From contig OZ024743.1 in assembly GCA_964016885.1 (NCBI GenBank), positions 1,984,001-2,048,000 on the forward strand: DNA of 64,000 nt. The letters are read 5' to 3'. Shown piece after piece: positions 29,801 through 44,800 of this stretch. The notes below the pieces were generated by a model. That model saw only the letters and a list, made by a program, of their open reading frames with translations. It did not search any database and was not told the origin of the DNA. Source of the DNA: Eledone cirrhosa (lineage: Eukaryota). A program made the translations under genes and the position numbers. Positions within the stretch are counted from its first letter, which is position 1; every line of letters begins with the position of its first letter.

Positions 29801-32800
29801 ATGCACTTTTGATGAGTTGTAGTGTACCTCAGCATTGTACACAATATTTTCATTATTATTATCATTATTATTATTACACTCATTGATCCATTTTGCACTA
29901 ACTCTGCATCAAGCACCCTCACCTAAATATTAACCAATCAAGGATCCAATACAGCTATCTGTTGGATGAGTATTGTATAGTGCCAAAAACGAAACCAATC
30001 AGTTTAGCAGAAAGTTTCCAGACAAGAAACACGCATATTTTGATATCCTCAAACACGTTTACACATGGCATGAAATATAACTAATCCGAGATGGCTAGGT
30101 TTCATCTTCTAACTGGATATACGAAATCCATTATGTCTTGACAACAACATGAGGTAACATTATGTTATTCACAGACACACTTTGTACACTGTTCCATATC
30201 AGAATGTATTTCCTTCGTCACATTCACAAACAGTATTGAAAATATGTTCTTCGGCAAATAAAAATGTTTTGTTCATAATATTTCAACTAGCGATTGCTCT
30301 ACTTCACGCACGACCACCATAAATTAATGACCAGCTCAACACAATTATTGGTAGAGCGTCAGACACCATGCTTTGCAGTATTGTTATGGTCCTTTGCATT
30401 CTAAGTTCAAATCCTGCCGAGGTTAACTTCGACTTTCATACTTACTAATTCGATAAAATAAAGTACCAGTAATGGACTGCCATAATGGATTTGTGCCGAA
30501 AAATAGAAACACTATTAATGTGCAATAAGAGCAAAATATAACGACATTGCTCAATTATTTTATCTAATGTTGTAATAACACAAGGAAATGTTGTTTGTGT
30601 ATTTTTTTTTATATTTGCTCATAGGCTTTTACAATTTTGCTCAGCCAACAACTATTAAAAAGTGAGTTGCTTAAGATAACAATTTAATCACAAATTGTTG
30701 CTATCTTTTAATACACTCCAACAAGTCATCAAATTATGTACAATAAAAACAAATCTTATTAATTTGCTCAGGGAATATAAAGAAAATGTATATACACTGA
30801 TAATTGCAATTGTATGTAAATATTTTGTTTTTGTATTGTTTATTTTATGTTTTCTATTATGTATAATATATTGATTTAATATTGATTGTTTTTTGTAGTT
30901 GTTTATATTAAAAGTCTGAAAATATTTTTATACATCTTACACTAATATTTATAAGATAATTTATAATAACAATTACATAATCTAATTACATTACAACGAT
31001 AATTTATTATTAATATATATCCTGTTTAACTAGAGTTATTACAAGCGTTGCCTTAAAAAAATATTAAACTAGACATGAAAAATGCGCAAGCTCAAAAGTG
31101 CCACAGAATGTTATAATAAACCTTCAAAAGTGTGGGACTAGAGTTGTTGCTAAAAAATATTGTAATCATTATACATCGTACATTCTGTGGCATCCTTTAT
31201 AAAAATAGCTTAAACCAACGAAGCCTTTATTTTTACGCTATTTCACTTAGTTAATTCTTAGAGTGTAACATATAAAAATAAATACATCTATGTTTAATGT
31301 AATAACAGCTATAAATAATTACGTAATATTATTATCATATACTCATAGTAACAAAATAATTGTGTTGAAAATTAATATGATGCTTATATGAACGATCAAA
31401 TCTATAATGATAATTTCTTAAATATACTAATAGTAAAATAATTTAGTTATCTATTGTTACATTTTCATAGAACTATAATATTAACAATCGTATTGCATTA
31501 TCAAATTTTTATCACTACAAACTTTCATATTGGAATTACCTTAAGCCACTTATTATTACTTCGCTTTCGTACTTTTACAGCTGTAGATATTGCGCTGTAT
31601 CTTATATCTAATATCAATATCTCATGGTAATTTGCATGCAGTGTAAAATAGGTTTATTAATAACTTTAATATGAAATGTATTATACAGGGCTGTGGAGTC
31701 GGCCAAAAATTGACTGGCTCCAACTCAGGATCCGATACTCCATTATTTCCTAAATTTCAGCTCCGCAGCTCTGTTATTATATTAATTAATTTATTTTATA
31801 GTTGTAAATCATATTTTTATATGTTACACTCTAAGAATTAACTAAGTGAAATAGCGTAAAAATAAAGGCTTCGTTGGTTTAAGCTATTTTTATAAAGGAT
31901 GCCACAGAATGTACGATATATAATGATTACAATATTTTTTAGCAACAACTCTAGTCCCACACTTTTGAAGGTTTATTATAACATTCTGTGGCACTTTTGA
32001 GCTTGCGCATTTTTCATGTCTAGTATAAATATCTCTATATATATATTAATAAATTGCGTATGTATTGTTTATATATCAAATATGAGTTTCGAAGGATGTT
32101 GAATTTGTATTTTACTTAAAAAATAGGTGGTTCAAGTTGTTAGAGTAGAATAATTTGTGGATTCAAAAATGTTGTTCAACATTGAGAATGTTTTCAGAAT
32201 ATTGTTAATTTAACGAAGCTATATAGATTATCAAACATAAAATCGTTATGTTTGCACGATTGAGAAGAATGTTTATGTTTGCAACGATTGAGAAAGGAAA
32301 GATAACTCCAATTTTGTTTGTTAACTATTAAATTAGAGAAAAAATTATATATTATTTTATGTGAGATCCATTATTTTAGTCGAAAGATGTGTGAATGTTT
32401 GGATAACAAAAAGAGAGAGGAAAAATGTAATGTGTTTTCTTAAAGAGGATAAATTTTCAGAACGTCATTTAAAGATTATCAATCTACATCTAAAATATAT
32501 TTATAGGGGTGTCCTTACAAAAAGAATGTCGGAATTAAAAATAATGTCAGAATTAGAATAATGTAGGAAATTAAAATATTAAATAAATATATTAAAAATA
32601 TTATAAATATTAGAGGTATAAAAATTATTAAAAAAATATTTAAAAATTTACATTTAAATTTTTTAAGAAAATAGGATCATTTTGAAGGTTTATAGGGGAT
32701 ATTATAAATTAAAAATAGTTCTGAACGTGGAATTTTGGCGATGTTTGCAAGAAGAAAATAATTCTGTTCTGAGATTAATAGAGTTTTGACAGTTAATTAT

Positions 32801-35800
32801 ATAAAAAATTTCTTCGATACACAATTTACAGAATCTTGATAAAGCCGCATTTCGGTATGCAGGTGATTTCGAAATGTATGTGTATATATATGTATATGTA
32901 TGTATGTATATGTGTGTGTATGTATATGTGTGTACATGTGTATGGAATGGGTACATCAGGTGTAGTTTTGGCGTATTTCGGGAAGCATGAGGGTTTTAAA
33001 GGATGCAGTGTCTCGGCAGCTAACAACTGACACAGGCAGTTTGTTCCATACTTCAGCAACTCTGAGCGTGAAAAAAAAATATATATATATGTGAGTTAAA
33101 CTGACTTAGTTTAGTTGGTCTAGCTTGTGTCCCCACAATTCGAGATTTTGGCTTAAGTTTAATGTGTTTAATTGCTTCTCTGAGTTGATAATTTATCTTT
33201 CCATTGAGATGTCTAATATTAGAGACAAATAACTTTTTAATTGATGCATATATACAAGGGTAAGTCAAAAAGTTTCCAGACTAGCTTTTTATTTAAAAAA
33301 GGACTTTATTTATATAAGTTTAAACACCATCTACTTTGAAATAGTCCCCTTGTGCAGAAAGTTAGTTATATTACTAAAACCCTCCAAATTCTTTGTGATT
33401 TTTAAATCAGAAATATGGTGATAAAAGGATTAAGTCATCTAAACTCCTTTCCTATTGCCAATGTTAGTAATCCTTATTCTAAGACATTGTTGCTTTTATT
33501 TTTCCATTATTAAATATCAACAATAAGGGTGATGAGAGAAATTGAAGCTGTTCGACAGGAAGCAGTACTTCTGCAAGACCAGATGAGACTAGTGAAGCAA
33601 GATATTCAAAAGGTAAATATATATGCCAAATCATTCTCTCTCTCACACACATCAGACATTTGTCGAAGGTGCCAAGCAATGAGGCTGAAATCTGTGTTTG
33701 TAAAGAGAGGAGTTGTTGAAATAGTTCCTTATTGTATAGTTCTTGCTTAAATCTTTCTTAATTTTTGTTGGTTTTAGGTTGAACAAGACACATCTCAATC
33801 CATGCAGACCCTGTTGAAGCTGGATGGCATCAAATCTCGGATGAAAGCTACTTCTAATGCTCTCAAGGTAAAATGGATTTTCAAAATTATTCAGATTATT
33901 AAGTTGAAAGTATCATAGAGGTCTAGAAGCCTAGTCCCCTCTTAATTTATTGCACCATAACTGTAGCTACCATGTATGCCAGAGAATTTGTCATGATGTT
34001 TCTCAAAATGTCTATTGAAGTCACCAATGCTCCTTATGTTCATAAGCAAGTTCAGCTTGTGGGTGTATGCAGATAGTATAGTGGCTGTAGTATTGCCCAA
34101 GCCTAGTCTAAATTTAATTATTCTATCACTTACTCTGACTACCTCAGTTACCTGGTCTACTCCATCCACCCCACAATTGCTACCGGCCCAGAATAATTTG
34201 TGCCATTGTTCTTTGCTTGTGATGAGTCTGGCTGAAGCACCCCTCCACCATACTTTGTGCACACAACACACTTCTACTCATCTCCTCTCTAACCACTTTA
34301 CTGCTTGGTAATAGCCAGGAGATATACATGCATGTTGAGGTTTTTCATGTACTGTATTGTGTAGTCACTCAGATGTTTGTAGTTTCCACCAGAGTGACAG
34401 CTGGGGCTACTTCTAGTCGCTAGGTCCATCACAATTTACATGTGCCTCCTATTTATCTCTGATGTAGTAAGTATAACATTTATTATATTGTATGGCTGGA
34501 TTGGAAGGGGAATGTGCATGTACATATCCATGTACAGTCTTCCCCACATGTAGGGTTATGCCTCACCTACTCTAACACAAAGGGAAACTATCTAAAGGGA
34601 ATGAATTAAAAAAGATGTTTGGTGGCTCTACTTTTGCTTGATTGCCAGCGAATCACAGACATCCTGCAATTTCATATTCAGTATTCTGCAGTAGAACATA
34701 AAGATCTGATGTATGCACTGCTAATTTTATGAAGGAAATTGAAAAAGATATAATCTCCACATGGTTTTTGAAGTAAAAATGCCATAACAAAAATGGCTAT
34801 TTAACAGTTAGGATACTTCTAATTGAAACAAATTATAAATGCTAAAAAAAACTAAAAAAAACGTGTGTGTGATGGCTGAGAGAAAGGAGTACTCAGTATT
34901 GAGTTTCACCTGCTCTATTTTTCTTGGTTCCTAATTCTTTGCTGTTGAATTATATTCTGTTGTAGGAAGCTGATAATTGGACAACTCTTTCTGCAGACGT
35001 TGAAGAAGTCTTTCTATCTCAAGATATCCAGGCTGCAAGTCTATTTTTGAGTCGTTTTAATCGTCATCATCATCACTACCATCATCATTATCATCAGTTT
35101 TGTATTCATTTTTTTTTCATTCTGGCATGGGTTGGACAAGATTTTTGAGGCAGTATTCTAGTAGTAAGCCACAGATTTTTGAAGGTTTAACCACTGAGGA
35201 ATGAGATCTCTATTTATGCGTAATGTAAGCTAGTATCACTACCTGTAATGTTGAAAGTGAAAAGAAGAGAAGAAACAAATATAATACACTAGCAGTAGTA
35301 CCCGTTGTTGCACGGGATAAGGTATTTTGGAATGCGGGCCGCCAACAGACCGAATCATGGAAAAACTGCATGCGTGGTCAATATGTAAAGAAAATAAACC
35401 GAATACTCTGATGGCTGGATAATCTTTAAGATTTTCCTTGATGAAGCAGGAAAAATGCAGGTTTTCACCTAATGCAGGCCCTAGGGGAGCAGGAAAATGA
35501 ATTTTTTTTATGTGCATAATATGCCTTGAAATTTCGTGAAAATCGGCTAGACGTAACGCCTCCAAAAAGCCCTAAAAAGCTGAAAAAATGAAGTTTTTCA
35601 CCTAATGTGGGCCCTAGGCCATAAAAAAGTTGGATTTTCTTTGCTCACGGTATGAAGAAGAGACTGACTAATACATAGTTACAATTTCAAGGAAATGAGT
35701 CTGACGTAACGCCTCAAAAAACCCATAAAAAGCTGAAAAAACGCAGTTTTTCCCCTAATGCAGGCCCTAGGCGATCACAAAGTTGAATTTATGTGCATAA

Positions 35801-38800
35801 TACTCCCTGAAACATGTAATACACATGTAAAGTTTGAAAAAAGTCGGTTGGGTACTTCTCGAGTTTTAGGGATTCAAACTCACAGACACACACACACACA
35901 CACAGACATCCTCAGGGAAGTGACTTAACGCAGACAGTCAGACATACAGACAGATATTATAAGGGCGTGACGGTATATGTATGTATCTATCTAAAAAGAG
36001 AAAGACTAAGAATTATAGAGAGAGATTGCTAAATCGCCTAATGCGGTCCCTAGAACACTCCCTGAAACATAAGTATTACATGTGTAAAGTTTGAAAACAG
36101 TCGGTTGGGTGGTTCTCGAGTTTTAGGGATTCAAACTCACACACACACAGACAGACATCCTCAGTTTTATATATATAGATATGTGTGCGTATATATCATC
36201 ATCATCATTACATCCGCTTTTCTATCCTTGCATATATATATGACAATGATGATGATATATATATGCACACACATATGTATGTAAGTACGTTTTGCCTCTT
36301 CTCTTTATTCAAGTTGAGTGAACTTTAAATGGTGATTGTAGCTTTAACTCTAATGGCTTTAACAATAACTAAGCTTTGATTTATTAATACTTTTTGTTTA
36401 TTCTGGTTACAGATAACTGATAAACTTGTTGGTATGCAGCAAAGTTTGGTAAGATTAAATTTAACTTTTTTTGTTATATTTTGTAATATTGTTAATTCCT
36501 TTATCTATTGTCATTTTTATTTGAAAACATAATTTGTAGAAAAAACACTATAATAGAAAACATATATTTTGATGAAAAAACAGTATTGTTATCAAAGAAA
36601 TGGTATATATTTTATAGGAAAAATGTATATACTGTGTAGAAAAAAATTACATATTTTATAAAAAATATATTTCACAAGAAACTATTTTATTTTGAAAAAA
36701 AAAAACTATATATTTTATAGAAAATAAGCTATATATCTTTCATTAGAAAACTGTATACTGTGTAGAGAAAACTACATATTTTATAGATAAATGTGTATGT
36801 ATATTATAGATTAAAGAGAATTATTATTTATATTTCAGCAAATGTTGGTTGATACACCAGATTACCAACAACGCTGTCAACATTTGGAAAAACTTCAGAA
36901 TAAATTGGAAACTCTGTTAAGTCCTCAAGTTGTAGCTGCCTTCAATGCACAGTCACTGGGTAAATGTTGCATGTAGTTTGTTATTAGACTTTGTGATGAC
37001 TGGGTTGATTTAGAAATGTTGCTAGTGTTAATGTCACACTATTGTTGGTAACATCCTAATGCTGGTGCCACTACAAAATGTACTCAGTATTCTGTAAAGT
37101 GGTTGACATTCTACTAATAACAACATAACGTAGAGTGAACTCTTAATTTAAATCAAAGACATGACAACCTCTGTAGTGTTGGCACCATGATAAAAGGCAC
37201 CCAGTACTCTCTATAAAGCAGTTGGTATTAGGAATGGCATTCAGATGTAGAAACCATGTTAGACCTGAAACATTGTACATGAGTACATGTTTCAAGACAT
37301 TTTTGCTGAGCTTAAAAATACTTGTTTCAAATGGCACGATTGCATATACATGTTGATAATTGTTTACAAAGAGTGTTTGATATATCAGCAATATTTGCTA
37401 TGGCCAAAAAGAAATTTACTACATATGCATTATGTCAAGTTAGCATATTTCTCGAAAATTCAAAAGCATGTTTGAAATGGGAAGTAGAATAAGCCCGCTT
37501 CTACAGAAAATGCTAAACATCTGGTTGTTTTACATTCTTTAATGATGTGAGAAGCTTAGTATTGTAGTGAAACATATGTGTGAGATCAAGATTTTGATGG
37601 ATAACATAGTACAAGTTCAGGAAATAATTTACATAGACATGGCTGTAATTCAGAGTTGTATTATGCATAAAAATGTAATTTATTCCCGATTTTATTTAGG
37701 TTTAGAAACATCAGTCATATTATACACAAAGTAATGCAGTAGTTGTTAAAACGTTGGTGGCTAAGTGAACCAGTTTAACAGCCAATCAAAGTGGGTGTTA
37801 CAACCTTGGTGGCTAAATGTATCAGTTTATCAGCCAATCAAATTGGGGGTTCAAACATTGGTAGTCAAGTGAAGTGACCGTTAACATTTTGGCAGCTCAC
37901 CACTGCATATCGCTGTGGAATATTTCTCTTTTTGTTTTACAGAAGCTACACAGACCTATGCCAAAATATTTGAGAATATCAATCGCTTGAGTCAGTTGTA
38001 CAAATATTATCACAAGTGCCAGAAGGTAAGTTTACAGGAGTGAGACATAGATGATGAACAGGCAGTAACAGCAATGAAGGCTGGAATGAAGGGATATGAG
38101 AATAATTTGGTTGGGGAGCAGTGTATCACTTAGAGAGAGAAGACAAACAATGAATTGCCGAGTATAGTAGGAATAGAGCCAGTGATGAATGTTGTGAAGA
38201 TGAATGGAATTAGATGGTAGAGGAGTGGAAGTAAAGGAAGAAGAATACGAAGAAAGAATTGGCTAAATATGATGGAGGATGAAATGAAAGGCAGGGGTTG
38301 TTGTTGGGATAGGAGATGCAGATGATAGGAGAAAATGAAGAAGCTAACTTCTGCTTAGCAAGGGAAAATGATAGGAGAAAATGAAGAGGCTAACTTCTGC
38401 TTAGCAAGGGAAATGGCCTTAACCCATTAGCACTTCCATTACTCTATATATACTATTGTATTTTCATGATAAAGGCTTTACCTCACATATTATCGAATCT
38501 ATGAGATTTTGATATTACTTATTTTGAGAACAATACCTTAACATACATATGAGTGGCTGGTTACAGCCAGTTTGAACAGAAAGAGGTGAGAGAATTCTGG
38601 CCAAATATGGCTGGTTTAAATACTAAAGGGTTAAAATGCTTCTTGTTGCTTTACTGTAAAGTACCAATCACCGACATTGTGAGATGGTTGTTTAGTACAA
38701 CAAATGTAATGTACAGCTGTGGTAGTGGCAGATATATTTGCTGCTGAATAACAGCTGCAGTAGATATTAGATCGATGAGGATGAAGTAATGAAGTGGCTG

Positions 38801-41800
38801 AGATGAACATTTCTATAAATGGACTTAAAACACATTATATTGTTAGAGTTGTTGTTGTTGTACTCACACATTGCATTTTTGTATCCCTTTTAACAGGCTC
38901 AACTGACCAATCGCTGGAAGAATATTCTAGAGACCAATCCCGATGACACATTTTTAGACTGGCTGACAGCATTTTATGATCATCTCTTGTCTACGTGGCA
39001 TGGACAGGTAATATAGAATTTTACTATAGCAGTGAAAGCAGACTTTAAATGATGTTGATGGTAGTGGTGGTGATGTAAGTAGCAGTAGCAGCAGTTCACC
39101 TTTTCATACCAAAACAGGTTCGCCACCATGACCAAACCCTGCATGGTGTTCTTTTCTCAAGATGGTAGAGTACACATTAAATAATGTATCCCAAGATACA
39201 CAAGATAAGATGATCATAGTTGAAATCATCATCATCATCATTATTTAACATCCATTTTTCCACGGTAGTATGGGTTAGACGAATTGATCTGTTTTGAGAC
39301 AAGTCAGATGAGGTGACCGTGTCTTGCTCATATAGAACTGATTCTGATTCGGTTTCTATGGCTGGATGTCCTGCCTAATGTCAACCACATTTACAGTGTG
39401 TACTGGGTGCTTTTTGTTGTGACACCTACATGACCACTTTACAGTGCGGGCTGTAGACTTGGATGGGGGAGGTAGATCTAGGGACGAGGGTGGGGTGTTA
39501 GCATTTAAACCGACCATATCCAGCCAGAATTCTCTCACTTCTTTCTGTTCAAACTGGCTGTAACTGGCCACTCTTACTTATGTTAAGGTATTGTTCTCAA
39601 AATAAATGATATCAAAATCTCATACATTTGATATTATGTGAGGTAAAGACTTTACCACAAAAATATAATAGTATATATAGAGTAATGTAAATGCTAAAAG
39701 GTTAAATCATTAAATTTCTTCTTTCATTACATACTATCTCTTTCATTTAAAAAAAAAAATTTTTTTAAGATCAAATGGTGCAATCAAGTATTTCGAGATC
39801 CAGTGCCCATTCTCTGTGACCTTTTCACAGAGGTCATCAAGGACCTTGACCCCAGTTTAGATGATTGCCTTGCTGTATATATTGATGATCAGGGTTTGAA
39901 TATGACCTTAAGTAGCCTTATCAACTTGAAGCAGGTGGGTTTCCTTGGGATAATTTTACTGTTTATGTAACTTTGTTTCAAGAAGTCTTTTTTTTTAGAT
40001 GAAAATATAAGAAAGGATATTGTTTATATCACAGTACTTCTCTGGTTGGTATTATTGATATCAATACCAATAACTTTGATATCAACACCAATATCAGTGA
40101 AGATATCAGCATTGGTATCAGTGTTGGTATCTATGTTGATAGTCAATATGTTTGAGTAATAAACACTCATTTAATCTTGCTGTGTATATTTTAAGCTGCA
40201 ATGATATCACAGCTGTCTCAGTATCAGTGAAAGAATGTTGTGTACATGTATTTCAAATTATTATTCATGAGCAGCAGATACATTGAAATACTGTAGTATG
40301 AAAGACTTGAAAGTTTTATAAATTTTGTAAGCAAACTATTTTTATTGGAAGTTTATATATAGTGCAAGCTTGACTGGCTAGTATTAATTAGTGATAGCAT
40401 TAAGGTAGCATTATTCAAAATAAAGACTAAATTCACATATGTATGGGTTCATATATGCCTTTATTCTGATTCATGCTCTGTTAATGCTATCACTAATAGA
40501 TATGTATATTTGTTGTATGCTACATTATATATAATTTCATGAATTGCAATAGTTTTTCTTTTATATCTGCTTTTATAATTTTGTAAGGTGTCTGAAAGAT
40601 TTTCCAAGAGTATTGAGTCTGCTGTGGAATGTTGTATGTCAGGTAAGCATAAAATCATTATTTTTGTTTATATTTCAACATCATCATAATTTTATGTCTA
40701 CTTTCTATACTTGCATGGGTTGAATATGTTGTCATGGTCTAAGTCACTTCTCATTTTGAGTTACTGTCTTCCTAGATGGGTCAGGTGATCACATTATGCT
40801 TATATGTTCCATATTTGAGGGAAATAAGATGGATGGCTATAGCTTAACTGCATCAATCCTAAATCTAGTTAATCAGGTCTAGCCTAGGGCCAAAAAACAC
40901 ATACAACAACTCTACTTCAATATGACCCCTGAACATCTGTTTTGTTTAGTCAGAAAGGAAATGTTATACCTATGACCCTTTTCATGGCCTCACAAACTAG
41001 TCAAATGGCGAGAAGAAGGTATCCTTAATGTCCTTTTCAGAATACTTGCCACAAAGTGGACTGCACTAAATGCACCCAAGGGCTAGGTGGTGGTGGTGGT
41101 GGTGTTAAACTGGGCAGCAGATTATGTCTACCACCGAAGTAGGACACACCATAATTATGATTTAAACCCAGAATGCAAAGAGCTGGAACAAATACTACAA
41201 GGCATCTCATCCTACATCTGATAAACTAACTATTTCATCAATCCACCACCCTCGACTGGGACTTAATTTTATCAACCATAAATGTATGAAAGACGAAATT
41301 GAACTCAGAATATAGAGAGCTAAACAAATGTTACAAAGTATTTTGTGCTACACTTTACTGCCTCTTCCAGTTTACTATCAGGAGAGACTTATTGATATAT
41401 TCTCTTCTAGATAAACCAGACCATGCAGTAAGTCTGTTGAACTTACAGAAGAGTATATATGCTGTCTATCAACCATATCTGAGCAAATATAAACATTTTG
41501 AAGAAGTTACCCTTCAATGTGAGCTTGATAACATCAGATTGGTAAGTTAGTTACAGATTTTTACCATCTTGTTTCTTCAAGTTATCCTTTAACCATTTTA
41601 ATAGCAACCTACCTGAAACCACCCTTGGTTTTATGAGACAAAAAAAATTCTCCTTTTAACCCTTTAGCATTTACATTACTCTTTATATACTGTTGCATTT
41701 TCACAGTAAGCACTTTATTTCACATAATTATCTCACATAATATTGACTCTACAAGATTTTGATATTATTTATTTTGAGAACAATATGCTGACAAAAGTAT

Positions 41801-44800
41801 GAGCAGCCGGTTATGGCCAGTTTAAATGCTAAAGGGTTAAAGCATTCATATTTGTATCAATACTTTTCATTATAATTTTGTGTAATAACATTTTTGTTTA
41901 GTTATTTTAATGAATTCCTCTAAATCTTTTATTATTTTCAAAATTAATCCAAACATATAGGCAATGTATTTCATTAGAAATATGGTAACAAAAGTGTTAA
42001 CCTTTCCCTCACCATCAAATTATCAATCATATGTCATAACCTAGAGAAGTCATTAGCTGTGCAGATGGCCTTGACATCTGTCTGAAAACTTTCACTTCAA
42101 CAATTAAATGTGTCATATTTCCTGTAACAACCCATTGTACAATTTTATCGTGGCACTAACACTAGAGAGGTTGTCATCCTTGACAAGACTAAAGAGTCCT
42201 TTCTGCTCTATGTTGTCTTTGTTTGTTCACCAACCATATATAATATATAATTTTTGAAGCTATATATATTGTTGACTAAATTCTTACAACCTTCTTTTAT
42301 TAAGGATCATGAAGAAATTGTTGATTCCATTGGATTACTTGGGGAATCTGTCAGCAAGTTGATGACTTCTGCTAAAAAGGTTTGTATTATTAAAAAGAAA
42401 TCATCATCATCATTCATCATTTCATTTTACGTCCGCTTTTCCCTGCTTGCAAGGGTGGGACGGGAACTGATTCTGGCTTATAATAATGTGTTTTCACCAT
42501 GTACCTCCTTGTATATTAATGAAAGTAAACATTATATTTTAGGCTAACGAACGGTGTACCCAGTTTACTGATGGCTTTGGATATCTGTACCTGTTAGAAG
42601 CACTGAAGGTAAGTTAATATACACCTTAATTATTACATATTAAAGTCTACTGAACATATACATACATACACACAGACATGTATATACGAGGTGGTCAGAA
42701 AAGTTCCAGGACTGATGTCACAAAAGATTTATTTGAAACCCAAACTTCACACTAAGAGTTTTCTCCTTCAAAGTAATCCCTCTGGAGTCTAATGCACTTT
42801 TCTATCCTTTTCTGCCACACTTGCATGCACTCCTGGAAGGATTCTTCCGGGATCCTCCGCAGTTCCGTTGTCACGGCCATTTTGATCTCGTCCACGTCTT
42901 CAAAACGGGTCCCCTCCGGGTAGTACTCGAAGATCCATGACTCATCACCGGTGATGACTGTCCCTAGCAAGCCTGGTTCGGTTTCAATATGCTCGAGGAT
43001 GTCCTGGCACACTTGCATGCGTCGACCCTTCTCGTCATCGTTCAGCAGTTTTGGCACCATCTTCGTGCAGACTTTCCGCATGTCCAAATCTTCAGTGAGA
43101 ATCTTCCAGACGCTGTTCCGATTCATGCTCAGCTCATTTGCCATCAGTCGAACAGTCAGCTGACGATCACTACGCACCATCTGCCTGACGCGCTCAACGT
43201 TGACCTCAGTCCTGGTTGTTGAGGGCCTTCCGCTCCTGGAGTCATCTTCCACGTCCTCGCGTCCTTCTTTAAACCTCTTGCACCACTCAAAAACACGTGA
43301 GCGTGACATCGTCTCATCTCCATACACTTGCTGCAGCAATCCCAGTGCTTCTGACGGAGTTTTCAAGTTTGTTCGTTGCTCTGTGCTCATTACTTGATGA
43401 CCTGAAACAGAGGACATGTATATAAAATTATGAAGAAAAAAGTTTGATCGTTGCAGAGAGTTAAGATTACAGTTACATACTCCAGGAGGATTACTTTGAA
43501 GGAGAAAACTCTTAGTGTGAAGTTTGGGTTTGAAATAAATCTTTTGTGACAGACCTCGTATATAAATGGAGGTGTATAATATAATATCATACATATAGAT
43601 AATCAAACAACTGAATGAGCTCTCACTATATAAAGCAGACCGAATATTCTATAAGAAAAAAGTGACGCACACACACACATATATATATATATATACACAT
43701 ACGAGGGGTGACTGAAAAGTTTTGAGCCTCCAAGAAACGGTAGCATATACAAATATTTTCTTGTTTTATTTTTCAACAAAGTTTCCTTTTGAATTCACAC
43801 ATTTCTCTCACTTGTGCTGAAGTGTTTGGATCTCACTGAAGTAAAACTCCTTAGTTTGATCCTCCAGGTAGGTGCCTACAGCATCTATGACATCACCATC
43901 TATGGCATAGTGTTGTCTGGCCATATCCTTTTTCAAGTTTGGGAACAGGTGGGAGTTGGACGGTGCAAAGTCTGGTGTGTATGGTGGATGAGGGACAAGT
44001 TGGAACCCTGAATTAATATAAGCAAATGTGACACCCCTTTGAATAATGTCTTGACTTAATTAATAACAGCCATACCACCGGTTCCTTTGAGTTACTATTT
44101 CAGCTCCTCATTATATAAAGATATGCAGCCAGTATATACTATGAAGTAGTTGGCTTTAGGATGGAGATCCAGCTGTAAAGGTTGAGTGGGCTTTTCAATG
44201 AAATCAAGGTCATAACAGTATTGGTGCCACAATAAAATACGGGTGCAAAATTTAATGTACTTGTTCACGTGACAGTCATAATTTCATTTATAACCAATCA
44301 AATTACATTTATAAAAAAAGCCTTCGTGAGCCTACTTTTTTTTAAGTAAAAAGAAATTCAAACAAACTGGCGCGAAAGTTGATGTGTTTATTTACGTGAC
44401 TGCATCAACCAACCAAATTTCACTCATCATCATCATCATTTTACATCCACTTTTCCCTGCTTGGGATGGGTCTTATTCAGCACAGCATCTCTCCACTTGT
44501 CACGGTCCTTCATCATCTCCACTGTGAGCTTCAGCGATCTGAGGTTTGTTCTCACCACCTCCGCCCATGTCTTTCGTGGTCTACCTCTACCACGTCTTCC
44601 TTCAACTGGCATTTCCTGGCACTTCTTCACCCATCGGTCATCCTCAATGTGCATCACATGTCCATACAACCGCAGTCTCGTCTCTCGCACACTACATCCT
44701 ATCCCTCTCAGACACAGTTTCTATCTCAACACATCCATGCTGGGTCGTTCATGCACATTGACATTGCACATCCAACGGAGCATGCTTGCCTCATTTCTCT

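Noticed and set aside
41299-41410. Upstream extension of exon 14 from the acceptor at 41370
   Set aside because: Phase 0, incompatible with the phase-1 end of exon 13
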